Positions 25,845-39,964 are shown, counted from the stretch's first letter. The stretch is 64,000 bases of DNA from Paraphysomonas bandaiensis (GCA_965644295.1 CBFFRP010000208.1:1-64000); one strand, 5' to 3'. Made by a program: numbers and translations. Notes: a model not told the origin generated them from the letters alone.

Positions 25845-26847
25845 TTAATAATGTGTTCCAGATAAAAAAACAGGGTCAGCAGAGTAATGTGGAGGGCCAG
25901 AAGAACGGCGGGTGTCATAAGAAATCGGTAAATCAAGAGAATCTAGTATGCCATCCCCACCAGTGTCAAGGAAAAGTATCTGTTCACCATTCACGCCCAT
26001 CTCTTCTTTATGGGTCCTATTTGGCACTATTCTGCGCCCAAGGGAGCAATCAGAAGGCTCAAAGCCGTACTCGCTGTCATCACTGCCATGAAAAGCAATT
26101 ATTATGCAGAAATTACCAGTACGTCGTGCGTACCTGCTGTCGAGTACGTCCTTCTCAATGGGTTCAGAGATATGCCGGTGGTCCATCCAGTCAAATGAAT
26201 CCCACTCAACCATACTAGAACCTACAACAGGGACCTTGACAGCTGGCAGTACAATTGAGGGATGAGTGTCAGGTCGGACTTCGGACTCAGGCGGGTTCAT
26301 TAGTGCTTCGGTCAGGAACTCGCACATGTTTTCATCAAAGTTAAGCGGCTCATGGACAGGAGCAGGCAACGGAGGCTGACGGACGGGAGCAGGAGGAGCC
26401 ATATAAGAGCGGAAGGACTCCAGAATGCTACTCTCCGATTCATTGTTACTTGAGTAAATTTGCTAACCAAATCAATTAAATATTAGCAACGTCTATATCA
26501 GCTGTCAGCACATACCTTTTTCTTATTGCCTCTCTTTGGAGAAGAAATGGGAGCTTTAAAGGACATTATATTCCCATCCTTCTGTTGTTTCAGGAAATAC
26601 TTTTGCGCGTGTGTTCGTATCTGAACCACAGATCTGGTCTTTACAAGCAAAGAGATATTTTTCCACCCCTTTCCATATAATTCGAGCCCCTTAAGAAACA
26701 GAGCATGCTCCTCAGGTGTCCAGCGTCCTGATCCCCATACAGAGAGTCAGCACACACATTCAGTGATCGAAAGTATATACCAGTGTTCTCAGATCCCGTT
26801 GTAGCCCCTTTATTTTTACGTGAATCGGTGATTTTATCAGCCTCCAT
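25845..26847 (-). CDS. MYB-related transcription factor, SHAQKYF/THAQKYF class (3 exons)
   Basis: Removing intron 26780-26728 gives GRWTPEEHALFLKGLELYGKGWKNISLLVKTRSVVQIRTHAQKYFLK. A phase-0 intron (~26516-26463) then joins the 25845-26402 ORF in frame. Confidence 0.93.
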
Positions 26848-27320
26848 TGTTACCGACAGATCTGCTCATATACAACACAGACAAAGTTAGCAACTAAAGA
26901 AACATATCCATACTACCTACCACACGTAGAAGTGGTTGGGTATTGAATATCAATGATTACAAGTGTAGTAATAGAGAGATCAATGGACTAGATACTAGAA
27001 GATCCGGCTTATATATTAGCAATAGAAATTTCCCGTTTAGTTGTTTGTGACTATCACCTTCAACAGTTTTTTTCATCATCAAGGGAATCATCCCCCTCAT
27101 CGTATCTTAGACGGACTCTTAGGAAATTTCTTAGTCATGTACGTATAGAAACTGAAAAGAAAATGTCGATTTAAGATTCGATTAGATGAAAGTGAGGTAA
27201 ATAGTTTTTTTTTTTATCTGAAGATGACTGTGTGTTTGTGGGGTTCTTATGAACTGATAGTTTCATACATTAGCAACATCCTCAAAGACCCCTCAGAGTT
27301 ATTAACTGGTCGATATAAAG

Positions 27321-28874
27321 ATGAGGTTTCTTCACCTGATCAAGCCTGTGATGTGTGTGTTGCCTGAGGTGGCATCACCAGATCGTAAAGTAAGGGAGAT
27401 CACCTTCTTTATTAACGTCTAATCACACCCTCGTCTCTCTATGCAGATACCGTTCCGTGAGAAGGTTCTATGGACTGTCGTCACGTTATTTATTTTCTTA
27501 GTATGCTGTCAAATTCCTCTATACGGAATTCACGCATCAAAGACTTCCGATCCTTTTTATTGGATGCGAGTAATTCTTGCCTCCAACAGGTGCGCACAGT
27601 GACTGTATATACATACATATGTGTTACTATATGCTTATATGTGTGTCTGTGTTGTAATATTTATATGCAGAGGTACTCTTATGGAGCTTGGAATTTCTCC
27701 TATTGTTACATCTGGTATGGTGATGCAGCTACTTGCTGGATCTCGCATTATTGAGGTTAACCAAAACTTGAAAGAGGATAGAGCTCTTTTTGGCGGTGCT
27801 CAGAAGCTCTTCGGAATTCTCATTACTGTTGGGGAGGCCATTGCGTATGTTGTTTCTGGAATGTACGGCGATCTTAACACTCTTGGAGCCGGTAACGCCC
27901 TTCTGATCATCCTTCAGCTTATCGCTGCAGGCATGGTTGTGATCATACTCGACGAGCTTCTTCAAAAGGGTTACGGTCTCGGATCAGGCATTTCTCTCTT
28001 TATCGCGACAAACATTTGTGAGTCAATTATTTGGAAGGCCTTCAGCCCTACTACAATTAACACCGGCCGAGGTACCGAATTCGAGGGAGCACTTATCGCC
28101 CTGGTTCATCTTCTCATCACTCGCCAAAACAAAGTGCGCGCGCTCAATGAGGCCTTCTACAGACAGAATCTGCCTAATCTCACTAATCTTCTCGCTACTG
28201 TGCTCATCTTTCTTATTGTGATATACTTTCAAGGATGGAAGGTGGAACTTCCTATTAAATACGCCAAGTACAGAGGCCAGCAGGGCAAGTACCCTATCAA
28301 ACTGTTCTACACATCCAACATGCCTATCATCCTCCAGACTGCTCTCGTTAGCAACCTCTACTTCCTCTCGCAGATGTTGTATAACAGATATAGCGGGAAT
28401 TTCTTCGTACGTCTATTGGGCATCTGGAAGGAACTTAAGGAGAATCCTGGTCAGTCTGTGCCTGTCTCCGGGCTGGCCTACTACATTTCACCCCCGCAAT
28501 CTCTCGCTGAGATCGCCATGGACCCTTTCCACGCAATACTGTACGTGGTATTCATTCTCGCTTCTTGTGCACTCTTCTCCAAAACATGGATAGAAGTTTC
28601 TGGGTCCTCCCCCAAGGACGTCGCTAAGCAGTTGCGTGACCAGGAAATGGTTATGAAGGGTCACCGCTCGAACTCGCTTGTGCACGAGCTTAACCGTTAT
28701 ATTCCTGCCGCCGCGGCCTTCGGAGGTATGTGCATTGGCGCCCTTACAATTCTTGCGGACTTCCTCGGGGCTATCGGTTCTGGAACGGGCATCTTATTGG
28801 CAGTGACTATCATTTACCAGTACTATGAAATGTTCGCCAAGGAGAATATCGATCCCAATGCCTTCGTCGCCTAG
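27321..28874 (+). CDS. SEC61A: Protein transport protein Sec61 alpha subunit (3 exons)
   Basis: [23 protein letters not shown]|IPFREK..., [31 protein letters not shown] and [18 protein letters not shown]. Confidence 0.98.
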
Positions 28875-29326
28875 GGCTCCGCTGGTCTAACAAGGGGACC
28901 TAAGATGTCTCCTGCATATTTAGTTAGTAGCAGTAGATAGATAGTATGCAATAATTTAGTCAGTTGTTAAGGTGGTAGCGTAGTGGTGTCACTCACAGCA
29001 GTGTCGCCGGGTATTGTATTCTGTTTTCTGTGATCGGAGGTTGCGATTTTGATAAATATGAGGAGACTTCCCATACAAGCAGTGTTATCAGGCATTGCGC
29101 TCTATTGCGAATATTATGTGACAGGGCAATGATGGATTATACTTTGTGTGTCCAGAATGTGTATGTGTTTGTTCAAATTTGAAAGTCCTAACGGGTCGAG
29201 TGACGATACAGTATACGGCAGCGCGTCTGTGAGGTTGATGTTACTTACAAATCACCATAATTATAATTGACACAATATTTCATATTTTTCCTGGTCTTCG
29301 GCGTTTTGACTGTACTTTATATTAAC

Positions 29327-30126
29327 TAGGGCTAGGAAACAATATATTGCAATACTATTGTTATATATTATATAGCGTTCCATCAATACTATTGATGGAG
29401 ATTTTAAACAGGCTCAACAATGCAATTACAATATATTGCTATATATTAGTATGACTAGTCAGTAGGTAAACACTTCCGTAGTGGTTGCACCTTGGTGCTT
29501 GCGGCGACGCACAAGCAGCTTCTGTAGCGCTAAATAGTAGGATAATAGAATTTGTGCTGATAAGTTATGGGTAGAGGTCTAACTAGTATGTCTAGCATTC
29601 AACTAGCCACTATATTGGCACAGGCTTTTAACGTCTATTGCTAAATAAAAAGACTTTCAATAAACACTTCCGTAGATTCCAGTTTAAGTATTAGGCATTA
29701 AGATTTAAGATCACATGACAACCTAGCCCACTATTGCTTACAGCTAATAAAAATCCACTCATCCTCTGAGCCATTATCTGTGACGTCAATAGGCGTTCAC
29801 ATGTATTGAAAGTACATACTACATGACTCGTGGACCTGTACTTAGATATTTCAACTCTTCGTTTCTTATTTTTTTTTCCACGTTAGCCAACGTCAACTTC
29901 ATCATCCTCTGTATTGAGTCTTCTTTCTTATTTTTGTATTTTGTACCATACAGTTAAGAATCTCTTCGTATATGATTATCATAATAAGTCGAGGTATTGA
30001 TTGCAATATTATTGCAATATATTGTGAGCCACTTTAACAGAAACAATATTGATGGAAATTTTGGCCCCACCAATCAATATATTTTACAATATATTGCAAT
30101 ATGCAATATACTATTTCCTAGCCCTG
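29327..30126. mobile_element. Non-autonomous hAT-like MITE (800 bp) carrying an inserted 'R' copy
   Basis: TIRs TAGGGCTAGGAAA / TTTCCTAGCCCTG. Flanks ATATTAAC (29319-29326) and ATTTTAAC (30127-30134) give an 8-bp TSD with 1 mismatch. CAATATATTG subterminal repeats at both ends. Confidence 0.8.
29482..29660 (+). repeat. Element 'R' copy flanked by a 15-bp direct repeat
   Basis: TAAACACTTCCGTAG at 29467-29481 and 29661-29675. Confidence 0.85.
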
Positions 30127-31420
30127 ATTTTAACATTGAGTAACACCTAGAAGTGTGAATTGTCAAATTTCGTCATTGTAGTGGTAAAGACAAAGTGATA
30201 TATATATACACTCAATGCTTTAATTATAAATTTCATTAAAATTATGATCAATATCTCTCATCATTCATTTTCAATCGCCGAATACATGTAATCACAACTA
30301 CCAATCATTTTCATACAATCTTAGATAGACAATATACAATGAATATGACAACAACTACAATACTATCTACAAGCAACTTCCAGAGTACAGAAATTGCATC
30401 TTGTTATCAACAATCAATGTATACATATGATTCCCAGGCCAGAGGAAGGCCTCCAGGAATGACCTTCATCCATATACATTACTAGTAACTCAGCCTGATC
30501 ACAACTGATTCATCATCAATGCATAAGGGAAGATACATTCAGTATTCTCATTGTAGTTGAAGCCTTGTACACGTACTTCCAAGTACAGTTCAATAAACAT
30601 TAAGTACCTAATGAAATACATAAGTACAACTGTGATACTGGATAATCTGGCAATACACGTCTATCAGCGTGGATATCAAACCCGGAATTCTCCAGTAAAC
30701 TTCTCCAGCCTTAAGCATTAACATATATATATAATAAGAACATATACATATAAATCATCAATCATAATATCTTCATCATTGAACTTCATTATTGGTAATC
30801 CTATCTTTCTTTGTCTTTTGAATAGATATATAAGTATCAATGATAAGCATAAATTGTCATATTCATAATATATCATGTAGCTTAATGTGAGATATGGTAA
30901 TAATAATAATATTCAACCTATGTTGCACATATAGTATGTACAAAGTTAAGCATATACAATAGAGAGTTCATATAGCATAAAATAACCAGATGGCTGGTTA
31001 TTACAATAACAGCCAAATTCCACATGACACACACAAGCGAGGAAGCTTTTTTCTGCAACTATGCATAATCTATCACACACTAGAGGAAGTGAATATACTG
31101 AGCTTGCTTGTGACAATATGAAATAGACAAAACTGTAGTCTAGTGAAAGGATATCAAAACTCGATCGTGGTGTGCGTACAGCAACGTGCACTGACATATA
31201 GATATATCATTATTAATTAATGTAAAATGTAAATTCGAAGAAACACACATGTACGGTCTTTAGCAATTCATGAATACTTCCTACATAAAAACCACATACA
31301 CGTTTCAATACACAAACTTTCACATGCTACCAAAAATCTTATCGTATATCTGCAGATTGGCAGTGCTGTAGACACATTTCACTCTGACAGCGTGTATGTA
31401 TAGTTGATTGAAACACTTAA

Positions 31421-34400
31421 TCACAGTCTCCATGATTCAGGAAGCTGAAGTGATACTTCATTTCCTCCAGAATTGTGATAGTAGGAGTAATTATATGGGT
31501 GAAGGTAATCATCTTGATCACTAGCCTTTCTATAGCTTCCTGGTGATATATTGGAATGTTGGGCACCTGTAGATGCATGCGCCGAGTGGTAGGACTCACT
31601 TTTTCCTGTTTTCAAAACTACAATAAAACTTAAACACATTGCCACATATCATGAAGTACATACAGTCACTAATTGACATCTCTTACTTGGAGAGAAAAAT
31701 GAGTTTTTCCCAGAGTTGGACACTGGAGAGGAGTCGTCCATTGAGGAACATTCGGCCGGGAAAGTACATGACCGTTTACGACCAGGGAATCGTGCACTGA
31801 TGCTTGGACCAAGAGGCTTTCCATTCGACCGAAGTTTCTCCGAGCACACGCTGTCATCATCACTGGAGTTTGTTCTGTACACATACTGATTAATCCAATG
31901 CACATGACAGCCCATATTGTAATACCGTGACAATATCGACACCCTCAGGGAGGTTGTTGTCCTTGGTCCGTCTCCCATTATAAGCCGACCGCTTGAATTC
32001 TCCTCAGATCCTTCACTTTGCGCCTTTTTCGTTCCACTAAGCCGCCTACATATTCGTCACCCACATTCTTAATACATAGCTACACAATAAGTAGCAAATT
32101 TTACATACTTAAGTTGAGAAATAGCGCTGGCAAAAAGTGAATAACTTGTTTTCGGCTCGTCATAAATTTCATTGTCTAAGTGTTCACTGGGGTGATAAAA
32201 ATCTGAAACATTTGTTTACAACAGATTATAGAAAGGAAGTCAACAGAACCATCACCTGATACATCATCACACGACAAAAGATATGAACACTTGGTATAAC
32301 GCTCTGACTCTTCAGCATTATCAATTATATTTTGTACATATTGAATATTCAAAATATCTAATTCTCGTGGTTGCAATTTCTCCATGGTTTCTCTGCACCC
32401 AACAAAAACGTTAGTCTATTACTATATATATATATATATCCAGTGGTATTGGCATACTATTTCAATGGGCTCTATTCAGTGTACCCGAAAAGAGCATGTT
32501 CACATGATCTACAAAACAACTTCTTAATTAACTTACTCTGATATATTCACGTGACCAGGAACACCAGAGGACTCCATATAATTGGCGGTCATCGAAGCGG
32601 CACCCCACAATAGATATCGCGGCTTGTTCAAACTGACCACAGAGCCTACAGCATTCCCAGAGTGTATTCCTACACGCAATTGAATATCGACACCATATTT
32701 CTGATAAAATACATTCAAATCAGTCCATAAAACCGTATACCCATGATAAGCTCACCTCACGAATGTTTTTGACATCTTCTAGCATATGAAACGCAAATAA
32801 GACACAGTTCAAGGCACTATTACTCCGCTGGGTGTGACATGGTAATCCACCGACTACAACAAACGCATCTCCAATGATGTCCACTTTATACAAACCAAAA
32901 TAATTCAAGTGTCGGTCAAACGACGAGTACACATCATTCAGTAGCTGACATAGCTCCAAGGGGTGCATCTTCGCCGACAGAGGAGTGAATCCTTTCATGT
33001 CACTATATAATAATGTGACATCCTCTAAATCATCTGATATAAAATTCCCATGGAGTAATTTCAGTGCATGTTGAGGACTTGGCAACATATTAGACAGCAA
33101 TTCTTGAGATTTCAACCTGTGTAATAAGATCGTGCTCACTACAAAATTAGAATGACAACTACTGAACCTACTTTTCAGATTCAAGTGCGAAAATATCCGC
33201 ATACTCACTTCTGGATGCATACTCTTGTATATATCTTAGCCATGTCGCCACAAACTACATAAACGAATTACTCACAATAATAACGTATAGACAAAATAAA
33301 CTGTTACCAATGTTCCCACAGTATAAATTGTTAGTCTGATGTCAACACCTATTAATATTGCATTTCCTCCCAAAAACACAACTAAGACTGAGAACAATGG
33401 AATGACCACAGAAAACACTATCACATAGTGGAAGCGGAGTCTCATGAACAGCACTGTGAAAAGTACACCTGTCCATATTATTTCAAACTTTATTAAAAGT
33501 ATATCAAGTTCGGTGTGTAAAGGTAAAAGTCATAACAGATAAAATAACTAAAGTAATGACAGCATTCATAAAACATTCTGTACTTCTAGAGAAAAAGTAC
33601 AGGCACTTACTGTGCATTCGAAGACTAGGTCCATTGACTTGAAGCTCAGAGGTTCTACATACAACATTTATCACCATCAAAATTAAATATCAAACTTTTG
33701 AGAGCAAAATTCAAAGTCCGCCCTTACCGATTTTGTAACTTGTAGTTGATGACAAGAAGAAATATTAATGTCACCACAATCTGCAACAAGAACAAATGAA
33801 CAATAACACGATAACTACACCCTCTTGCCTTTTGTGAATACGCACTGAAACCGGTCCAGAACTTTGACATCACAACTACTATTATACACAAGACTGCGTT
33901 CACGAGGTGTTCCACTTCGTATTCTGCAGCAGTTCGTCATCAATCACAAAAACATGGTGTTGGACACAACAAAGAAAATATATGCATCGATAAGCATGTC
34001 ACAAATGCAACCTACCTCCAGCAATAACTTTTTGATGAAAAAAATACACAAGCGTACAAACTATGACAACACCCAAAGTGTGGCGCTGCGGCACTATACT
34101 CTTTCCATCAAACTCTTGCTTGTAATTACTTTCAACATTACGAACAATGCCATCGATTCTATCTTTCTCTGACACCACCACCTTCGTTCCCTCCTCCTTC
34201 ACGGCTTTCAATTTTGCAGATATGTATTCACCAAGTACAGTGTTTTGACGACTCACTAAACTTTTTGTCGATGCGCCAAATGACGTTTGAGTAGACTGAA
34301 GAGAAGATGCAACACGGCTGCTGATGGCATTATCAGAAGGCCTCCGTGAGTCGTTCTCAATGATAGGATGCATTCGAACTTCTCCACTAATCAAGCGGCG

Positions 34401-37019
34401 CAAACCAGAGGAAACAGCTTCTGCCCGTAATATTCCCGCGCTGCTGTGCCGTCGGGCAGCTGACAAAATGAGAGATGAGTGCATCTATATACCCACATAT
34501 ATTCATGACGACAAGACAACTCATTCATATATGTACGTAGCACATCATACAAGTAAGACAGAATCGAAATATATAACGCACGAAATATATATGAATATTA
34601 ATACCTTTAGACTTGGCTGGTACATGAGGAGTATCGTTCGAAAAATATGGACGAAATCTCAGAGTAATGGGACTTATAACAACCTGAGTCACAGGCAGAA
34701 AGAGTAATGTAAATTGCCACAAAACACTATTACACTATCATAGAATAATATGAATACGATGAGCATTGTTACAAACTTGCCTTCGAATTTTGCGACTCTC
34801 TAAGCTGAGCATACCGATCTGTATACACGCTGCATAGAACACATACATAAAATCGTGTATAACAAGAAAATCGACTCTAACTCACCGCTTTGTGGGTTGT
34901 CTCTCAAAATTCACCAGATGCTTTCCTTTCTGATTAGGTTTATACCCATTCAACCAATGGAGCTTCATGTTTCTACATTGACATGACAAAAACAATTGGA
35001 TCCGAAGATGATTGCGCTTGTGTAGGCACTCACCCCTTGCCCTTCACCTTAACTTCTCCCCGCTCCTCAAGATCAAACATATCTACACATCCACAAACAA
35101 GGTCATGCACACAAAAGTGCACTAGTATAACATGCCTCCAGCCCTCATAGTGAGCTTCTTGAAAGCAATATGCGAGAGAAGTATCTTTCCAGAAGTCGAA
35201 TGGGAACACATACGTGAAGCTACATTACAGTCTCAATTGCACATGTTCAAGAAAAACGAATACACAAGGACACCGCAGATTCGAAACATCAATTTCACAA
35301 CACTTAAAATCACAAAACCGTGTACGATATAGAATATATTATACGCAGTGCATTTCCACCTGTATTTACTGTATCACCAAAAAGATGATAGCTATAACTT
35401 TTAGTACCGATAACACCAGCCGTGATCGACCCTATGAATACTGAGTAAACATACCGATTCTATCTGTTCTATAATACTATCACCTGAGTGAATGCCAATT
35501 TTAAGGACCACAGGTGTACCATCCGGCCACCTCCATGAAAATTTCTACATTCAACAGCATAGATAAGCTACAATATATAACAGAAAACAACATGGACAAG
35601 TACATGGCAGGTGGTTTCATAATACGCGAATTAGTCAATCTTTCGTTTCAAAGGACACGCGTAAATACAAAAGCAGTCTCACCTGCGAAGCTTCCATCAT
35701 AGCGATAGCTGTTTGTGCAATGATAATAGGGTGTCGTGAATTCTAAATGTAAGATAGATAACAAGTAAGCAAAACGACATTGATATTATTATAGTCACTC
35801 CCCGTACCTCCTCAGGACACCCAGCACAAGCCATGTATGTGTCAGCTATATTCTCGACCTTATATGCACCTGTCTGGTCTACTATATGATCCAATGCATT
35901 GACTACCCTTTGCACAATGGACACTACATCCTAAAAATAGAAAAGTTAGTTCATACAGTGTATACCTGTATGAGCTTATGCATAGGCCAGAACTCAAATC
36001 AGTGAGCTACATACAACTAGATAAAGCATGCACACTATCTCCTAAGGAGTATGCTCATATCAGACAAACACCCATCACATAAACAAAAATGCGTGAAATG
36101 TGCGCATTACCTTGGAGTTGTGAGTGAGCGATTTACTGGTAAAGTCCACAATATAGCAAAAAAGCACTGTGACACTAGAGTAGAAAGAAGCCAACTGCTC
36201 TGTTTTTCCTTCCTTAAGAGAAACAGATATCTGTCGCGGCAAAATCGAATGTATCAGCTTATCTTGTCTACACAAGTCTCGTCCCGCTTCTATTTGCCCC
36301 AAATACCGCTGTCGACTTTCAGTTTCGTTGAAATGCATATACAGCATTTCGAAGCAGTGCAGTAAAGGAAGTAGAATAATCTCTCCTGTCATCATGTCAC
36401 TCATATCTGTATGTCTTCCGAATATAAGAAACGGTAACATGATACACAAAAATATATGTAGAGCTGATACTGTAGCAGCATCACCAAGTAACATTCCAGA
36501 GCAATTGAACGCTGTGAAAACGAAATACAAGGAATCTGCATTCGACCAAATACCGAGGTAGAATATATACCCGGAATGTAACACCTCATCGTGAAGGTCA
36601 TAAGACAGGGATACAGTCGTATACATACCAAGCAGCATCAATGCCACCATGGAATATACTATTCGCAATATATTTGGTACATAGCAAGTAAATGATTCCA
36701 GAGAAACGAACAGCAATCCTGTGCATAGAATAAGTACAATCGCTATTCGAAAGATGATAAGATATCGCTTGGCAAACGTAGGCGTATTCCCTAACCCTTC
36801 ACTGAGCAGTAGGAGTATCTGAATGGTGGAATAGAACACCATATTGAGACGAATCTGATACTGTGACAGTAGCACGTGAAATTTTTGAAAGGACTGAAAT
36901 AAAGCAGTTATAAATCGATAGAGTGATATGTGTATATACAGAGAGACCTTCTCAAGATCTGGATCAGTGAATCGAGGGATCGCATCAGTCGAATAAACAG
37001 ATTCGTCTCTGGCGGACAT
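31421..37019 (-). CDS. Membrane class III nucleotide cyclase with two TM clusters and two catalytic domains (probable guanylyl cyclase); ends approximate
   Basis: Domain 1: VTVLFCYIVDF, YKVENIADTYM, KIGIHSG, SYHLFGDTVNTASRM. Domain 2: LLYSDMKGFT, YKVDIIGDAF, LRVGIHSG, PRYLLWG. Hydrophobic exons precede each domain. Confidence 0.88.
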
Positions 37020-37739
37020 GTTTCGATCTCTTGTCTGTAGTTATGATACAAGGAGCCAGGTAAGACACATGATAGAAGTAGACACGGCCGTTATATCCCC
37101 TCCCTTTGCCGTAACGTCCACTAGATCATATTAGCATGTTAATAGAACTTCTATGTCTCTGTATGTTAATGTGTGGAGGGTCACTTGTATGTGTATGTTC
37201 TCTACGTACACTTCCATATGTCTGTATTCCGCGATGTACACATACATACATACACGTTGGTACTTCAAACTGTCGACAAGATTATGGCATGTCGTGCGAT
37301 GAGAAATACGTACTTCTGTATCACCTACACCTATCAATACTACAGTACTAATGTACGTGGAATTCCTAACGAAACACTGAAACTCCTGCTGTATGTACAC
37401 ACGTGCACTGCTCTGGACATGTACACACCACGTCCTCTTTGTTTAGCGGACAATACCATCCATTTTATTGTATGAAAAAGCTAAAAATCAGGGATATTGA
37501 GGCTGTATTCTTGCCTGTACAGCAGTGTGTAAGTATGTATATAGGAGTGTGGTCGCAGGTACCTACATCATGGAGGCTGGCGTTACAATCAACAGCCAGT
37601 AGAGATCTTCCCACTTGTGACGGTTCTCATTGCGGCTTATCTGCAATGGATGTTGCCAGTATAGCATGTGGTTCTCATTATGAGGGTTACAGCGAAGGAT
37701 TTGCTTGTAGGGAGTTCCAGTAGGAGGCGCTCTGGGCTG

Positions 37740-39347
37740 TTTGACTCCTAGCACAGCTATATCCGCGATGTGCAGTTACTGTGAGAGGAAATGGAGTCTC
37801 TCGGATGGAGTTCGGTTTATTGGAGTGTCAACCGTAAGGAGCAGTAACTCAGAGGGTTCTTGACGATCACTATGGTATCATGCAGCAGTTATTTGAGATC
37901 AATCTCTGCGTGCTTTGTCGTTGGAATTGTCACTAGCACTGCAGTTTTGCAACTGGATAAAGTCTTCGCGGAGTCAGGGCACTCAGTATTTAAGTTGCCG
38001 ATTGAGCTTCTATCAGTGGATAACTGTAAGTATATGATGGATAGCTTCGAGAAGAACAACCCTACCGTATGGGGGAATTGGAGGATATGTCGTGCGTTTC
38101 GGACAGTGTTAAGTGACTTTGGGTTCTTGTCCCATTTGGCGGAGAAGCTTTTTCAAGCAGTGGAGAAAAAGATTCAGACCACCGGGAAACCTTTGATGGA
38201 CGTTGACTACGAGGCTCTGTATTCAATTTTTCTTGCCTCCCTAAAAGTAGACGCCCATATTCTTTCGCGATATGGTAGTACATTGATATCGGCAGCAATG
38301 TTGTCCATGAGTGTGTCTCGCTGTCAATTTGCTTGTAGTGCTCCCGAGGACGGGGAGAAAGACCCCCGACTGACTGTTGGCGCCTTGGAAGAGCAAGGAG
38401 TTTTTGTATTGAACACAAATTTGGAACAGTAGAGTCGCACAACTGCCATATCCTGTGTTTAGATATGTTATCGAGTGCAGGCACTCCGAAGAATGCGTAC
38501 ATTAGATAACCCAATTGTATCGATATCATGGGAGAGCTTAGAAGATATGAGACCGTTCTTGAAACGCTAATCATGTATCTATTGGCTTCTACAGTGTTCA
38601 ACAGGATATGCATATGCTGTCGACGACTATCTCGTGTTTTCATTGAGAGAGCATTGTGCTATTAACACTGTTTCAAGAAGATATCCGAGTAATGCTTGGG
38701 TAGCAGATGATGTACAGGTCATTGGGAAAACTAGTCAGCCAGTCAATGCTGTCTCGGAAATCATCAGGAATGCACCAGGTGCTATTGCTGACTCGTTTAC
38801 GTGTCGTTCACAGTATGGTGGCACTAGAATACTCTGCATTGGCCAACAGAAATACAACGAAGATGGCTTTGTTTCACTAGAACTTATCAATTTAGAGTAT
38901 CTTAAAATGCATCAACGTATTGGAAAAATGGGAATGATGGTGCAAGTGTTCCCTACATCCTAGTCGTCGCCGTCACTCGCGCAGCTGACGGTGTGTTGGA
39001 ACATATTTCTGACGGGTGTATTCTGCTGACAAGCGCCTGCTTGGAATTCTTTTGTGGGTCTATAATCAGCGGACGATTCCGTTTTTTTGGCTGACATGCC
39101 AAAAGTTAATATCAACACTGCCAATTTCGGTGAGCTGAAAACTATTCCTGGGATAGGTGATAATCTGGCTAGAACGACCTTGCAAAAACGAAAAGAGTTC
39201 GCTTTTTCTAGCTGGAATCCCAGTGTGGAGGACTTCAAAAAAATTAGATCCGTATGTGAAATTTTAGTTGAAGAACTACGTGCCTGGAGTTCTTTTTCTA
39301 TCATTCCATCTATGATAACTAGGTTTCTTGCTTTGTATCCTTCGTGA
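37740..39347 (+). pseudogene. Crinkler (CR)-like NTPase-REase-HhH effector pseudogene
   Basis: Co-linear + strand fragments broken by stops and frameshifts: LPIELLS..FRTVLSDFG, QLPYPVF, SWESLE, REase-like NAPGAIADSF...CIGQQKY, then HhH KVNINTANFGELKTIPGIGDNLA..R..F.SW. Confidence 0.6.
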
Positions 39348-39964
39348 CATTACTTGTTGTCAATCGAAGGGAGACAAATGTTGAAAAGTAGACGAGACTT
39401 GGTGCCAGGAGGAGGGGTGGGACGATTGTGGTGATATAATCACCAATGACTCAGACGATAATAATCAGTTTGGTATGTCGTGTTTATGAAATGTTATTGA
39501 AAACATACTACATCAGCTATATATAGCAAAAAGTATAACTCAACTTAAATGGAATTTTCAAATTTTCACCAGGTTTGGTGGTCACATCGATTTTGGAAAG
39601 TGCGATGCTGAACAAAAGCATGATCTGGTGATTAAACTGCTGGTAATTTAACTGGTACCCCCAATTCTATGGCAACCTTGCGCTCTGGTCGACAGATGCC
39701 TAGTAGAAAATTTCGTATTATTATATCCTACTATTTTTTACGCTACAAAAGCTACTTCTCTGCTTTTAGCTCAACTCGCGACCCGCGCCATCTCAATCCA
39801 CCCCCTCGCCCATCAGGCTAGGTACACTCGACTCACTAGTTCAGAGTCCTGTGCCTCCACAAAGTCCTGCAGAGCCCTACCCCAAGGGACGCCCCCTGAC
39901 TAACCCCATCTGCACTTCCAGGACTAACGTCCATAGAGATATTCTTCCTCACTCCTCACATACA

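Noticed and set aside
30400-30720. Coding-like minus-strand fragment (ENSGFDIHADRRVLPDYP)
   Set aside because: Multiple stops and no family recognised.
37740-39347. Possible stop-codon reassignment or readthrough to explain the interrupted frames
   Set aside because: Housekeeping genes use TAA, TAG and TGA as normal stops, and the interruptions include frameshifts; pseudogenisation is simpler.
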